Notes: generated from the sequence alone by a model not told the origin. Shown: positions 17,679 through 26,812, numbered from the stretch's first letter. The stretch: DNA of 64,000 nucleotides from a virus (IMGVR_UViG_3300025678_000009:17698-81697); one strand, 5' to 3'. Program-made: numbers and translations.

Positions 17679-17821
17679 CTATTTCATATAACGGTAAACG
17701 GCTATGCTTAGTGCCGATTTTGAAAGACTAAGCTAATTTTAAACAACAAATTTTTATATGGAAAATACAGGATTATTTAACGCAGAAGGTAAGGCATTGA
17801 GCATAGCCGATGTTATGGCTA
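17679..17821 (+). repeat. attC-like site C
   Basis: TAAC GGTAAA CGGCTATGCTTAGTGCC ... GGCATTGAGCATAGCCG AT GTTA. Confidence 0.8.
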
Positions 17822-17967
17822 TGTTGCCAACCGCAATGATTAACAGAGTTGAAGTGATTGACGAAAATGGCAGGAGCTACGTTAATTGGAAACCAGCAAA
17901 CAGAACCGAATTACAGGTGCAAGATAATGGCAGAACGCTAAAAGTATTCGTGTCGCAAGGCAATTAG
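17758..17967 (+). CDS. cassette 3 gene, first 18 codons inside site C
   Basis: RVEVIDENGRSYVNW...LQVQDNGRTLKVFV small phage family. Confidence 0.7.
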   Translation: MENTGLFNAEGKALSIADVMAMLPTAMINRVEVIDENGRSYVNWKPANRTELQVQDNGRTLKVFVSQGN

Positions 17968-18078
17968 CCATAACGTTTTGCGGCTTGGTGTCTGTTATTT
18001 TGCCTTGCAGACATTTCAAGTTTTAGATAAATTTAATAGGTAAAATAATAGCACTAAGCCGCTGTTAGTGGCTGGTGC
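17965..18078 (+). repeat. attC-like site D
   Basis: TAAC GTTTT GCGGCTTGGTG(T)CTGTTATTTTGCC ... GGTAAAATAATAGCACTAAGCCGC T GTTA; one extrahelical T. Confidence 0.85.
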
Positions 18079-18094
18079 GGTAAATTAAACTAAA

Positions 18095-18361
18095 ATGAAA
18101 CAGATAGACAAAACTTTCTATTCTCTTTGCGAAGAAATAGACGATTTAAAAGAAGCAGTTGAATATTGGAAAACAATGTATGAAACTGAAAGAGCAACTA
18201 ACAATAAGATGCTTAATGATAATTTAGAAACTGCGAAACAAGGCGTTGCAAATGCTTTAAGGTTTGCTCTTTCGGTTTCAGATGACGAAAATGGAAACTT
18301 GGTTATTAGTAAAGAGAATAGAAAAGATTTAGCAGAAAATTGGATTGGAAGCGGTAAGTAG
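18095..18361 (+). CDS. cassette 4 gene, coiled-coil hypothetical
   Basis: 88-aa ORF ending at the AAC box of site E. Confidence 0.7.
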   Translation: MKQIDKTFYSLCEEIDDLKEAVEYWKTMYETERATNNKMLNDNLETAKQGVANALRFALSVSDDENGNLVISKENRKDLAENWIGSGK

Positions 18362-18509
18362 CACTTGCCACTAACGGTTCACGGCTTGTTGTCAGGCGGG
18401 GATTTAGAACCACAAATTTTCAATAAACAATAAAACTTAATAAAATGAGCGAAATTTCAAACAACCACGAAACCGCCAATGGCACAAAACCCGTGTTATC
18501 GGCTGTTTT
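18361..18509 (+). repeat. attC-like site E
   Basis: TAAC GGTTC ACGGCTTGTTGTCAGGCGG ... CCGCCAATGGCACAAAACCCGT GTTA. Confidence 0.75.
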
Positions 18510-18843
18510 TCTTCATCAGAAAATCGAAAAGTTAATCCCATTTATAAGTGAGGAATTTATCACTTATCCACTTTTGGAGGAAGGCAAATACATACCTTTC
18601 TTAAAATGCTGGCAAAAAGCAGATACGGAAAACAAATGTACTCGGTTGTCAAATAGATTAAATAAGCACTTTGAAAAAACAGGTTATGAAATTTCATTTA
18701 TTGGCAAAGAACATAGAAGCGTTATTCACGAATTTTACCTTTACCCAAAGTGGAAAGAATTAAAAAACGGTTCTTATAAATTTGTCAAAAAAGATTGGTC
18801 TATTGAGGAAATGTTGGATTTGTTGGGTTATGTCCTAAAATAG
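18445..18843 (+). CDS. cassette 5 gene, first 17 codons inside site E
   Basis: 132-aa ORF; no other Met until near the C-terminus. Confidence 0.7.
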   Translation: MSEISNNHETANGTKPVLSAVFLHQKIEKLIPFISEEFITYPLLEEGKYIPFLKCWQKADTENKCTRLSNRLNKHFEKTGYEISFIGKEHRSVIHEFYLYPKWKELKNGSYKFVKKDWSIEEMLDLLGYVLK

Positions 18844-18882
18844 CCGATAACGGTATCGGGCTTGGCGCATGTATTTTTGGCG
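18837..18882 (+). repeat. attC-like site F (left arm only)
   Basis: AAAATAGCCGATAAC GGTAT CGGGCTTGGCG; no complementary right arm found. Confidence 0.65.
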
Positions 18883-19072
18883 ATTTTGAAACGATAAATT
18901 TTAAATAAAATGGAAACAGCAAGAGAATTTACATTAAGGAAGTACCCTGAATTATGGGGTAAAAATCACAACGCAGGTGATATTATCAGAGCAATGGAAG
19001 AATATGCGAATTGGTAGAACGCTTCTATCATTGTCGATAGCACACTGAAAATATTTTTTTAATAAATAACAA

Positions 19073-19723
19073 ATGAATTATAAAATATACTCTATAGTTT
19101 ATGATGAAAATCAATTGCACGAATATGAAAAATATGATAATTCTCACATAAAGAGTTATGAAGATAAAAGCTATTTATTTGAATATAATTGTCTTATAGA
19201 TATTCTTGATAATTTTAATATAAATGAAGATTATTTAGGCATTTTTTCACACAAATTTCCATTCAAAACAGGATTATTCAAAAAAAAGTTATATTGGCTT
19301 TTAGAGAATAATCCTGATTTTGATATTTATGGACTATGTCCTCAACATGTTTTAAAGGGACAATATTTGGATTTTACTGAGAAAATGCATCCAGGATTTA
19401 AAAAAATATTTTATTCTTTATGTAAAGATTTAAACTTAAAAGTAGAAGAACCTAAATATGTTATTTATAGTAATTTTATGATAATGAAAACTTTCATTTA
19501 TAAAGAATTTGTAAACGAAATTATTAAGCCTGCTATTTATTTATTAGAAACTAAATATAAAGAAGAAGCTTGGAAAAATAGTAATTATAATGGTTTGGAA
19601 AAATCTAAACTAAAAATGTATACAGGGCTTGATTATTACCCTATGATAACCTTTATATTAGAACGACTTATCTCAATCTTTGTTTTAAATAATCCTAAAT
19701 ATTCTTTTAAAAATCTTATTTAA
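19073..19723 (+). CDS. glycosyltransferase-associated protein (DUF4422-like)
   Basis: YLGIFSHKF, YSNFMIMK and FILERLIS motifs. Confidence 0.55.
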   Translation: MNYKIYSIVYDENQLHEYEKYDNSHIKSYEDKSYLFEYNCLIDILDNFNINEDYLGIFSHKFPFKTGLFKKKLYWLLENNPDFDIYGLCPQHVLKGQYLDFTEKMHPGFKKIFYSLCKDLNLKVEEPKYVIYSNFMIMKTFIYKEFVNEIIKPAIYLLETKYKEEAWKNSNYNGLEKSKLKMYTGLDYYPMITFILERLISIFVLNNPKYSFKNLI

Positions 19724-19782
19724 AAAATATTTGATATTCCGATATAAATGACTATATTTATATCGAGAATAAAATATATACT

Positions 19783-20805
19783 ATGAGTAAGAAAAAATGG
19801 ACAAATGAAAAAATAGAATGGTTAAAACAAAATTATGAAAATAAATCTATATCAAATTATGATATTGTGAAATATTTAAATATTGACTGGATAACAATAA
19901 CTAAAAAAGCATCTCTTTTAAATCTAAAAAGAAAATTTAGAGAAAATTCTAAGTTATTTAATTTTAATACTACTATATGTGATGATTATAAAACAGGTAA
20001 AAGTATACCTAAATTAGCAATTGAATATAATTGTTCTAAAGATAGCATAAGACAAATTCTTATTAAAAATAACATTAATAGAAGATCTGCCCTAGAAAAT
20101 AAAAGACAATTCTCTTACGATAAAAATTATTTTGAAAAAATTGATTCAAAAGATAAAGCCTATTTTTTAGGTTTATTATATGCTGATGGGAACGTGTTTG
20201 CTAAAACAGGATCTGTTCAATTATCTCTTCAAGAAAAAGATGGTTATATTTTAGAAAGATTTAAGGAATATATTAATTATGAAGGAAATCTCAAATATAA
20301 AAATATAAAAGCAAATAAAAAAAATTCACAGAATATGTGGCTTTTTAGAATAACTAGTATAGAACTATGCAAACAATTAATAAAATTAGGTTGTGTTCCA
20401 AGAAAATCCCTTATTTTAACTTTTCCAACAGAAGAACAAGTTCCAAAAGAATTTCAATCTCATTTTATTAGAGGGTTTTTTGACGGAGATGGGTGTATTT
20501 ATATCAGCAATAAAAGCATAAGTTCATCTTTCACATCAACAAAAGAATTTTTGCAGGAAGTACAAAAAATTTTAATCAAAGAAGTTTCTTTAAATCTAAC
20601 AAAATTAACTCGTAAAAAAGCAAATAAAAATACTTATAGTTTCAATATAAGTGGATTTTACCCCTTAAAACGTTTATATGAATATTTATATAAAGATTGT
20701 GATGATTTGTATTTAGAAAGAAAAAAAGAAAAAATCCATGAATTTACTCCACAAAGAAAGGAAAGAAAAACTTCTGAAAAATATAAAATGAGTTTAATTG
20801 TTTAG
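19783..20805 (+). CDS. free-standing LAGLIDADG homing endonuclease
   Basis: YFLGLLYADG and FIRGFFDGDG. Confidence 0.9.
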   Translation: MSKKKWTNEKIEWLKQNYENKSISNYDIVKYLNIDWITITKKASLLNLKRKFRENSKLFNFNTTICDDYKTGKSIPKLAIEYNCSKDSIRQILIKNNINRRSALENKRQFSYDKNYFEKIDSKDKAYFLGLLYADGNVFAKTGSVQLSLQEKDGYILERFKEYINYEGNLKYKNIKANKKNSQNMWLFRITSIELCKQLIKLGCVPRKSLILTFPTEEQVPKEFQSHFIRGFFDGDGCIYISNKSISSSFTSTKEFLQEVQKILIKEVSLNLTKLTRKKANKNTYSFNISGFYPLKRLYEYLYKDCDDLYLERKKEKIHEFTPQRKERKTSEKYKMSLIV

Positions 20806-20850
20806 AAAGATTATTTTCAATTTGGATAGAAAACAAAAATTATAAGATAT

Positions 20851-22269
20851 ATGAATACTAAAAGAAAAGTAAAGGATTACATGGGGCAAGATGTGGCTAT
20901 TTATTGTTCTTCTAAAGAAGAATGGGATAAAATAGTTGATTTATTTGACAGCCCCACAGTAAAAAAACATTATTGGGAAAATTTTATCAATGGGGGAAAG
21001 TCAGATACTATTAGAATAACAGGGTGTGGGTGGAGTCCTAAAGAACATTTTATTAAAAAAAATTATACCATTTATCCAGCATTTGATTTTTTAGAAGAAG
21101 ATAAACCATTTAATGTAGGAGGTTTAGTTTATTTAGAAAAACACTATAAACATGAAACGGAAAGTAGAGACTATTCTATTGATTTACCTTTGAATTCCCC
21201 TTTAGAAATTAAAAGTATAGATTTTACTTCAAATGTTTATAATAATAGACAAAAAGAATGGACATTATGGTTTAAAGGTAAATCACTTGAATATCCTGCT
21301 TGTAAATTTAAATTGTGGCAAAACACTAGCGAATTACAAGAAATTAAACCAAAGGTAGAAATGTTACCTTATCCAACAGATAAGAAATATTTTAAAGCAG
21401 TTGTTACTAAAGATATTCATAAAAAGGATTTAGTTACTAAAGGGAATATACCCGAATTAATACCTAAAGGGTATCAAACTTGGTTTATATTAGATGGTAC
21501 ACTTTGGGAAGAAAGGATATTATCAAAGGAAGATGATGTGTGTCCAGAAAATAATAGATGGGGTGCAAATATTCCTGCTGAATATTTTGAAATAGTAGAA
21601 GATAAAAAAGCTTTTAAATTTGAAGAAGGTAAATGGTATTCTTTTAATTGGGATTGGCATAGTTCTAATTCCCCAGTTATAGCTAAAATAAAAAATGTAT
21701 TTGAAAATTCCATTAATGTAAGTTGGAGAAGTTATTTGTGGGGAGAAAACGATTATGATACATCAGGTACATATCTCTTTGAAGATATTTCAAATATCAA
21801 AGAGTTATCAATAGAACAAGTACAACAATATCTCCCAGAAGGTCATCCTGATAAATTCAAAGTTGAAACACCTATTAATAATACTCCATTCAAAGTAGGG
21901 GATTATATAACGATAATTGACGCTAAAACTAATAAAAGTGAATCTATTGGAGATGTATTAAAAATAACTGAAATAATTGATGAAGGGAAAAATTATGGAT
22001 TATGGTTCAAACATATTCCAGAATCATTTTCAGGAGGAGGTTTTAGATATAATACGTATAAAGACAAGATTAGACGAAGTACTCCCGAAGAAGTAAAAAA
22101 TTCACTTATAGTTTCTCAATATCCGTTAACCCCCAAACAATGTTTTGAAGCAAAACCCTTAATTAAAAATAGAAACCCTGTAGTAAAAGAAACTATCAAA
22201 AAGAGAAATAGATTAGAAATTAAACCAATTAAACAAACGATTAAATTAAAACATTATGTCAACATCTAA
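20851..22269 (+). CDS. mosaic hypothetical protein
   Basis: 472-aa ORF with apparent multi-domain structure. Confidence 0.7.
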   Translation: MNTKRKVKDYMGQDVAIYCSSKEEWDKIVDLFDSPTVKKHYWENFINGGKSDTIRITGCGWSPKEHFIKKNYTIYPAFDFLEEDKPFNVGGLVYLEKHYKHETESRDYSIDLPLNSPLEIKSIDFTSNVYNNRQKEWTLWFKGKSLEYPACKFKLWQNTSELQEIKPKVEMLPYPTDKKYFKAVVTKDIHKKDLVTKGNIPELIPKGYQTWFILDGTLWEERILSKEDDVCPENNRWGANIPAEYFEIVEDKKAFKFEEGKWYSFNWDWHSSNSPVIAKIKNVFENSINVSWRSYLWGENDYDTSGTYLFEDISNIKELSIEQVQQYLPEGHPDKFKVETPINNTPFKVGDYITIIDAKTNKSESIGDVLKITEIIDEGKNYGLWFKHIPESFSGGGFRYNTYKDKIRRSTPEEVKNSLIVSQYPLTPKQCFEAKPLIKNRNPVVKETIKKRNRLEIKPIKQTIKLKHYVNI

Positions 22270-22651
22270 AAAAGTATCAAAATTTGTAGCAGCTAATTTG
22301 AAAAAATTAAACAAAACTGAAAAAGAAGTTCAACAAGAAAAAATTGAAAGATTCGTAGAAGATGCAACAATTGAAGCAGAAACTCAAATTGCAATTATTA
22401 AAACTTCAACTCTACCTAGATTAGAGAATGAATTGAAGCGATTAGAAATTAATTTGAAAAGAGAAAAAGATAATTTTGAGGAGGCAAGATTTTCAGTAGC
22501 TAATTCTTTTGCTGAATATGTATCTAAACGAGAAAGAGTTTTAGATGAAATTGATGGAATCAACGCTTTAATCTCTCACAAAAAAGAGGATATTGAAAAT
22601 GCTAAAGCAGAATTAGCAACATTGGAATCAATTTTAGAAGATTTAAAATAA
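22256..22651 (+). CDS. coiled-coil hypothetical protein
   Basis: heptad-rich 131 aa. Confidence 0.7.
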   Translation: MSTSKKVSKFVAANLKKLNKTEKEVQQEKIERFVEDATIEAETQIAIIKTSTLPRLENELKRLEINLKREKDNFEEARFSVANSFAEYVSKRERVLDEIDGINALISHKKEDIENAKAELATLESILEDLK

Positions 22652-22672
22652 GATTAACAATTTGATAGTTTT

Positions 22673-22700
22673 AAAAGGTAGGTGAAATATCCCACCTTTT
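22673..22700 (+). terminator. terminator-like hairpin
   Basis: AAAAGGT(A)GG / CCACCTTTT. Confidence 0.5.
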
Positions 22701-22714
22701 ATTATTTTTATTGT

Positions 22715-24007
22715 ATGATTACAATATACACCATTTGTTTTAATGAAGAATTAATCTTACCATTTTTTGTTAAATGGTATAGAAAAAAATTCCCAAATTG
22801 TAGAATAATAATTTATGATAATTATTCTACAGACTCTACAGAAAAAATAGCTTTACAAAATAATTGTCAAGTTATAAAGTATGATTCTAATAATCAAATT
22901 AGAGATGATTTATACTTAAACATAAAAAATAATTGTTGGAAAGATGCTGAAACTGATTGGGTTTTAGTTTGCGATGTTGATGAACTTCTCGATATAAATC
23001 AAACACAATTAATTGGGGAAAATTGTAGTATTATCCTTTCAAAAGGATATAATATGATTAATATAGAAGATAATTTAGATTTAGAATCAATTAACTATGG
23101 AATAAGGGCAAAGCAATATGATAAATATTACTTATTTAATAGATTAAAAATCAAGGAAATAAATTATGAAGCAGGATGTCACTCTTCAAATCCTGTTGGG
23201 GAAGTTATATTTAGTAAAAATATTTACAATTTGTATCACTACAATATGTTAAGTGAGCAATATCTTATAAATAGATATAAAAGAAATTTTGAAAGACTTT
23301 CCAAAGAAAATAAGAAAAATGGATGGGGAATTCACTATAAAGAGAATGAACAAACTATTAAAGATAAATTTAAAGTAGCTAAACAATGGTTTAGTGAAAA
23401 TAAGACATTTAACCCAGAACAAGCAATAAATATTAAAATGATACAACATAATTATACAGAAATAGAAGGTTGGTTTAATATGGAAAATCAATACCTCGAA
23501 TTATTAGAGAATACTCCAGATGGAGGAATATTTGTAGAATTAGGAACATATAAAGGTAAATCTACTTCATTTATCGTTACAGAAATGTTAAATAAGGGTA
23601 GAAATGTTAAATTTTATACTGTAGATACATTTCAAGGAGATAGTGGTTCTACAGATAAACAAGAAGTAGAAGCATATACAAAAGTAAATGTTTCTAAAAT
23701 GTATGAAGAATTCAAACAAAATACTAAACATTTAGAAGGTAAATTTACTACAATGGTAAATTATTCAGATGAGGCTACTGAATATTTTTTAGACAATTCT
23801 GTAAATTCATTATTCATAGATGCAGGACACTCCTATGAAGCTGTATTAAAAGATATTACAGCTTGGTTGCCTAAAATGAAGAATGGCGGAATTATGTCAG
23901 GACATGATTATAATAGTTGGGAGGGAGTTAAAAAAGCAGTGAATGAATTGTTAGGAACTCCTGATAAAGTAGAAAATGATTGTTGGTTTGTAAAAATTAA
24001 AAAATGA
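22715..24007 (+). CDS. GT2-like glycosyltransferase fused to class I SAM methyltransferase (Methyltransf_24-like)
   Basis: YDNYSTD and WVLVCDVDELL; then VELGTYKGKS, FIDAGHSYE and MSGHDY. Confidence 0.8.
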   Translation: MITIYTICFNEELILPFFVKWYRKKFPNCRIIIYDNYSTDSTEKIALQNNCQVIKYDSNNQIRDDLYLNIKNNCWKDAETDWVLVCDVDELLDINQTQLIGENCSIILSKGYNMINIEDNLDLESINYGIRAKQYDKYYLFNRLKIKEINYEAGCHSSNPVGEVIFSKNIYNLYHYNMLSEQYLINRYKRNFERLSKENKKNGWGIHYKENEQTIKDKFKVAKQWFSENKTFNPEQAINIKMIQHNYTEIEGWFNMENQYLELLENTPDGGIFVELGTYKGKSTSFIVTEMLNKGRNVKFYTVDTFQGDSGSTDKQEVEAYTKVNVSKMYEEFKQNTKHLEGKFTTMVNYSDEATEYFLDNSVNSLFIDAGHSYEAVLKDITAWLPKMKNGGIMSGHDYNSWEGVKKAVNELLGTPDKVENDCWFVKIKK

Positions 24008-24822
24008 AATATTTTATTGATACAGAATTTGTCGAAGGAACACAGGATAAAACGATATTTGGAATTAAATATAGTAAAACAAAACCAACTATTGATTTAA
24101 TTAGTATTGCTTTAGTCTCAGAGGATGGTCGTGAATATTACGCTATTTCAAAAGATTTTAATTTAAAAGAAGCTTGGAATAGATATGATATTAAAGTAGA
24201 AACTATGTCAGGAGATGCTAGAAATATATATCCTGAAGGAAGAAAGTATAAAGAATGTTGGATTAGAGATAATGTATTAATGCCTATATTTATAGAATTA
24301 AAAGAAAAAGAAACTTATGATGAAAATAATTCAGAGTTTAAACCTTTTTTTGATAAAGATTTAATAAAAGAAATGATTATTAAACTTTGGGAATTAAATA
24401 CTGATAAAGAAAATTATAAAGAAATAAAAAGGCTTATTAATAAGTATGGTAAATCTAATAAACAAATAGCAGAAGAAATATTAGAGTTTGTTTATAACTT
24501 TGCTGTTACTGGTTATCCAAAAGAAAACACAGATAAAATAGTTCCTAAAGATATAGAATTTTATGGTTATTATTCTGATTATGATTGGGTAGTTTTTTGT
24601 TGGTTGTTTGGTTATATGAAAGATTTACCTAAAGGATTTCCTATGTATTGTATTGATTTAAAACAAGAGTTGAATACAATTGAACAATTTCAAAAAGAAA
24701 AACAAATATTTTTTCTACCTTTAAAAGAATATGAAAAATACCCAAAACAAATTAATGAACATAATGCTTTAGCAGATGCTAAATGGAATTTTGAACTTTA
24801 TAAATTTTTAGAACAATTATAA
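24004..24822 (+). CDS. DEDD 3'-5' exo(ribo)nuclease, Rv2179c-like
   Basis: YFIDTEF, YDWVVFCWLFG and HNALADAKW. Confidence 0.8.
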   Translation: MKYFIDTEFVEGTQDKTIFGIKYSKTKPTIDLISIALVSEDGREYYAISKDFNLKEAWNRYDIKVETMSGDARNIYPEGRKYKECWIRDNVLMPIFIELKEKETYDENNSEFKPFFDKDLIKEMIIKLWELNTDKENYKEIKRLINKYGKSNKQIAEEILEFVYNFAVTGYPKENTDKIVPKDIEFYGYYSDYDWVVFCWLFGYMKDLPKGFPMYCIDLKQELNTIEQFQKEKQIFFLPLKEYEKYPKQINEHNALADAKWNFELYKFLEQL

Positions 24823-24825
24823 AAA

Positions 24826-25407
24826 ATGAAAGAAATAACAGAAACAGGATATTGGAATGGAGAAACAGCACATTTACATCATGTGCATTGTAAAGAATTA
24901 AGTAAATGGATATGTGAGTTTTTAAACGAAAGGGTATTTAGTTATGAACCTATTAGAGATTTAGGTTGTGGTTTAGGTAATTATCTAAAAGACTTACAGA
25001 AATTTGGATTTGAAAATTTAGTAGGATTTGAAGCAGATATTCCAAAAAATAAAACATTTGATAGAATTATTGAACATGATTTAACTAAAGAATTAATATT
25101 TAGTCCAAAAGGAGTAATTATCAGTCTTGAAGTAGGGGAACATATACCTGCTGAATACATGAATATTTATTTAGATAACATTTGTAATAACTGTAATAAT
25201 TATTTAATTACTTCTTGGGCTATTAGAGGACAAGCAGGATTTGGTCATGTAAATTGCCTTGATAATCATGAAATTATACCTGAAATAGAAAGAAGAGGAT
25301 TTAAACTACTTAAACAAGAAACTGAAGAAGTTAGGAATATAGATCTATCTGAAGCCCCCTGGTTTAAAAATACACTTTTCATCTTTAAAAGACATGATAT
25401 TAAATAA
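24826..25407 (+). CDS. class I SAM-dependent methyltransferase
   Basis: DLGCGLGNY, SLEVGEHIP and GQAGFGHVN. Confidence 0.8.
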   Translation: MKEITETGYWNGETAHLHHVHCKELSKWICEFLNERVFSYEPIRDLGCGLGNYLKDLQKFGFENLVGFEADIPKNKTFDRIIEHDLTKELIFSPKGVIISLEVGEHIPAEYMNIYLDNICNNCNNYLITSWAIRGQAGFGHVNCLDNHEIIPEIERRGFKLLKQETEEVRNIDLSEAPWFKNTLFIFKRHDIK

Positions 25408-25412
25408 AATAT

Positions 25413-25772
25413 ATGAACACAACAATCAATGTAATACCTAAAAAAGAAAGAATTAAAGTATATGAACGTGCTTTAGAAATAATAGAAAATGAAGAAGATG
25501 TATATGAATTAGGAAAAGCTTATGGATTATGCCTTTTGTTAAGATGCATAGATTCTAATTTGAATTCATACTTAGCAACGTATGATTTTAGAGGAATTTA
25601 TTGGCATCATAACGAAACTCCAGATTTATATCCAGAGTTTAAAAGATATTATAACTGTGAACCAAGAAAGTTTATAGAATTATATGAATCTAACAGAGAT
25701 GTTTGGAGAAGAGTAGTTCTAAGATTGATTTTAGAAAAAATGGGTGTAGATACAATTAAATTAGATGAATGA
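25413..25772 (+). CDS. hypothetical protein
   Basis: 119-aa ORF. Confidence 0.65.
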   Translation: MNTTINVIPKKERIKVYERALEIIENEEDVYELGKAYGLCLLLRCIDSNLNSYLATYDFRGIYWHHNETPDLYPEFKRYYNCEPRKFIELYESNRDVWRRVVLRLILEKMGVDTIKLDE

Positions 25773-26812
25773 TGAATTTTAGAGAACAAGTGCAAAAAGA
25801 AGCAAGTGAAACTTTATTAAAATTTGATTGTGGTACAGCTAATGTAGCAATGAGGCTTGGTAAAACAGTTTTAGGTCTCAAAATAGCATCAAATTTTAAT
25901 AAAGTTCTTGTTTCTTATCCTATAGATGGAATTAAAAAAGGTTGGGTATCTGATGCTGAAGAATTTGGATTCGATATTTCTAACATCACTTTTACAACAC
26001 ATCTTAGTTTATCCAAACATAATTTATCTCAATTTGATTGTATTATCTTGGATGAATTGCATGATATCTCTATTAATAATTGGAACTATATTGCATTATC
26101 CACCTATAAACGATTATATGGATTGACAGCAACTCCTCCTAATAGAGGTGAAAAGAAATCATATATGAATATGTATTGTCCTGTCAGATATACAAAAACT
26201 ATGGATGAAACTACAGGAATAACTAATAAAGATTATGAAATTATAGTACATCTTGTAAAACCAAGTGAAAAAAGAGATATTCCCTTAAAATCAGGTAAAT
26301 TTTGGAGTGAAAAAGCTCAAATTGATTTTTATACAGCTAAATATCAATCTACTAAACAATTCTCAATGATGTTAATGCTCATTAGAGCTATTCAAAATTC
26401 TAAAACTAAGTTTGAATATCTTAAAAAACTTGCAAAAAGTTTAGATAGAGGATTAATATTTGTAGAATCAATTGAACAATGTAATAGTTTACCTTATCCA
26501 AGTGTACATAGTAAAAATTCTGAATCTGAATATAATTTAGAGCAATTCAAACAAGGAAATATACCTATTTTATCATCTATAGGGCAATTAAAAGCAGGTA
26601 TAACATTTAAAAATTTGAATACTTGTATAATTTTACATTGTTATAGTAGTAATAATAAAGCTATCCAAAAGATAGGAAGAGCCTTAAATTATGTAGATGG
26701 AGAAAAAGCTAATATTCATATATTATGTTTAGATAATACAATAGATATTGATTGGTGTAAAAAAGGATTATCAGATTTAGAACAAACAAAAATAAAATGG
26801 ATTAAAGTATGA
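25769..26812 (+). CDS. superfamily 2 helicase
   Basis: MRLGKT, ILDELH, GLTATP and QKIGRAL. Confidence 0.85.
   Translation: MMNFREQVQKEASETLLKFDCGTANVAMRLGKTVLGLKIASNFNKVLVSYPIDGIKKGWVSDAEEFGFDISNITFTTHLSLSKHNLSQFDCIILDELHDISINNWNYIALSTYKRLYGLTATPPNRGEKKSYMNMYCPVRYTKTMDETTGITNKDYEIIVHLVKPSEKRDIPLKSGKFWSEKAQIDFYTAKYQSTKQFSMMLMLIRAIQNSKTKFEYLKKLAKSLDRGLIFVESIEQCNSLPYPSVHSKNSESEYNLEQFKQGNIPILSSIGQLKAGITFKNLNTCIILHCYSSNNKAIQKIGRALNYVDGEKANIHILCLDNTIDIDWCKKGLSDLEQTKIKWIKV

Larger units (their letters stand above)
16871..19040 (+). mobile_element. integron-like gene cassette array, no integrase in window
   Basis: six attC-like sites (two partial) separate five short genes; each cassette's 5' GTT box is complementary to its own 3' AAC box; block is visibly GC-richer than flanks. 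Confidence 0.8.

Noticed and set aside
22673-22700. Third copy of the TGAAAT...GTAAAAG hairpin
   Set aside because: It shares only TGAAAT and lacks GTAAAAG and the flanks; it looks like an ordinary terminator.
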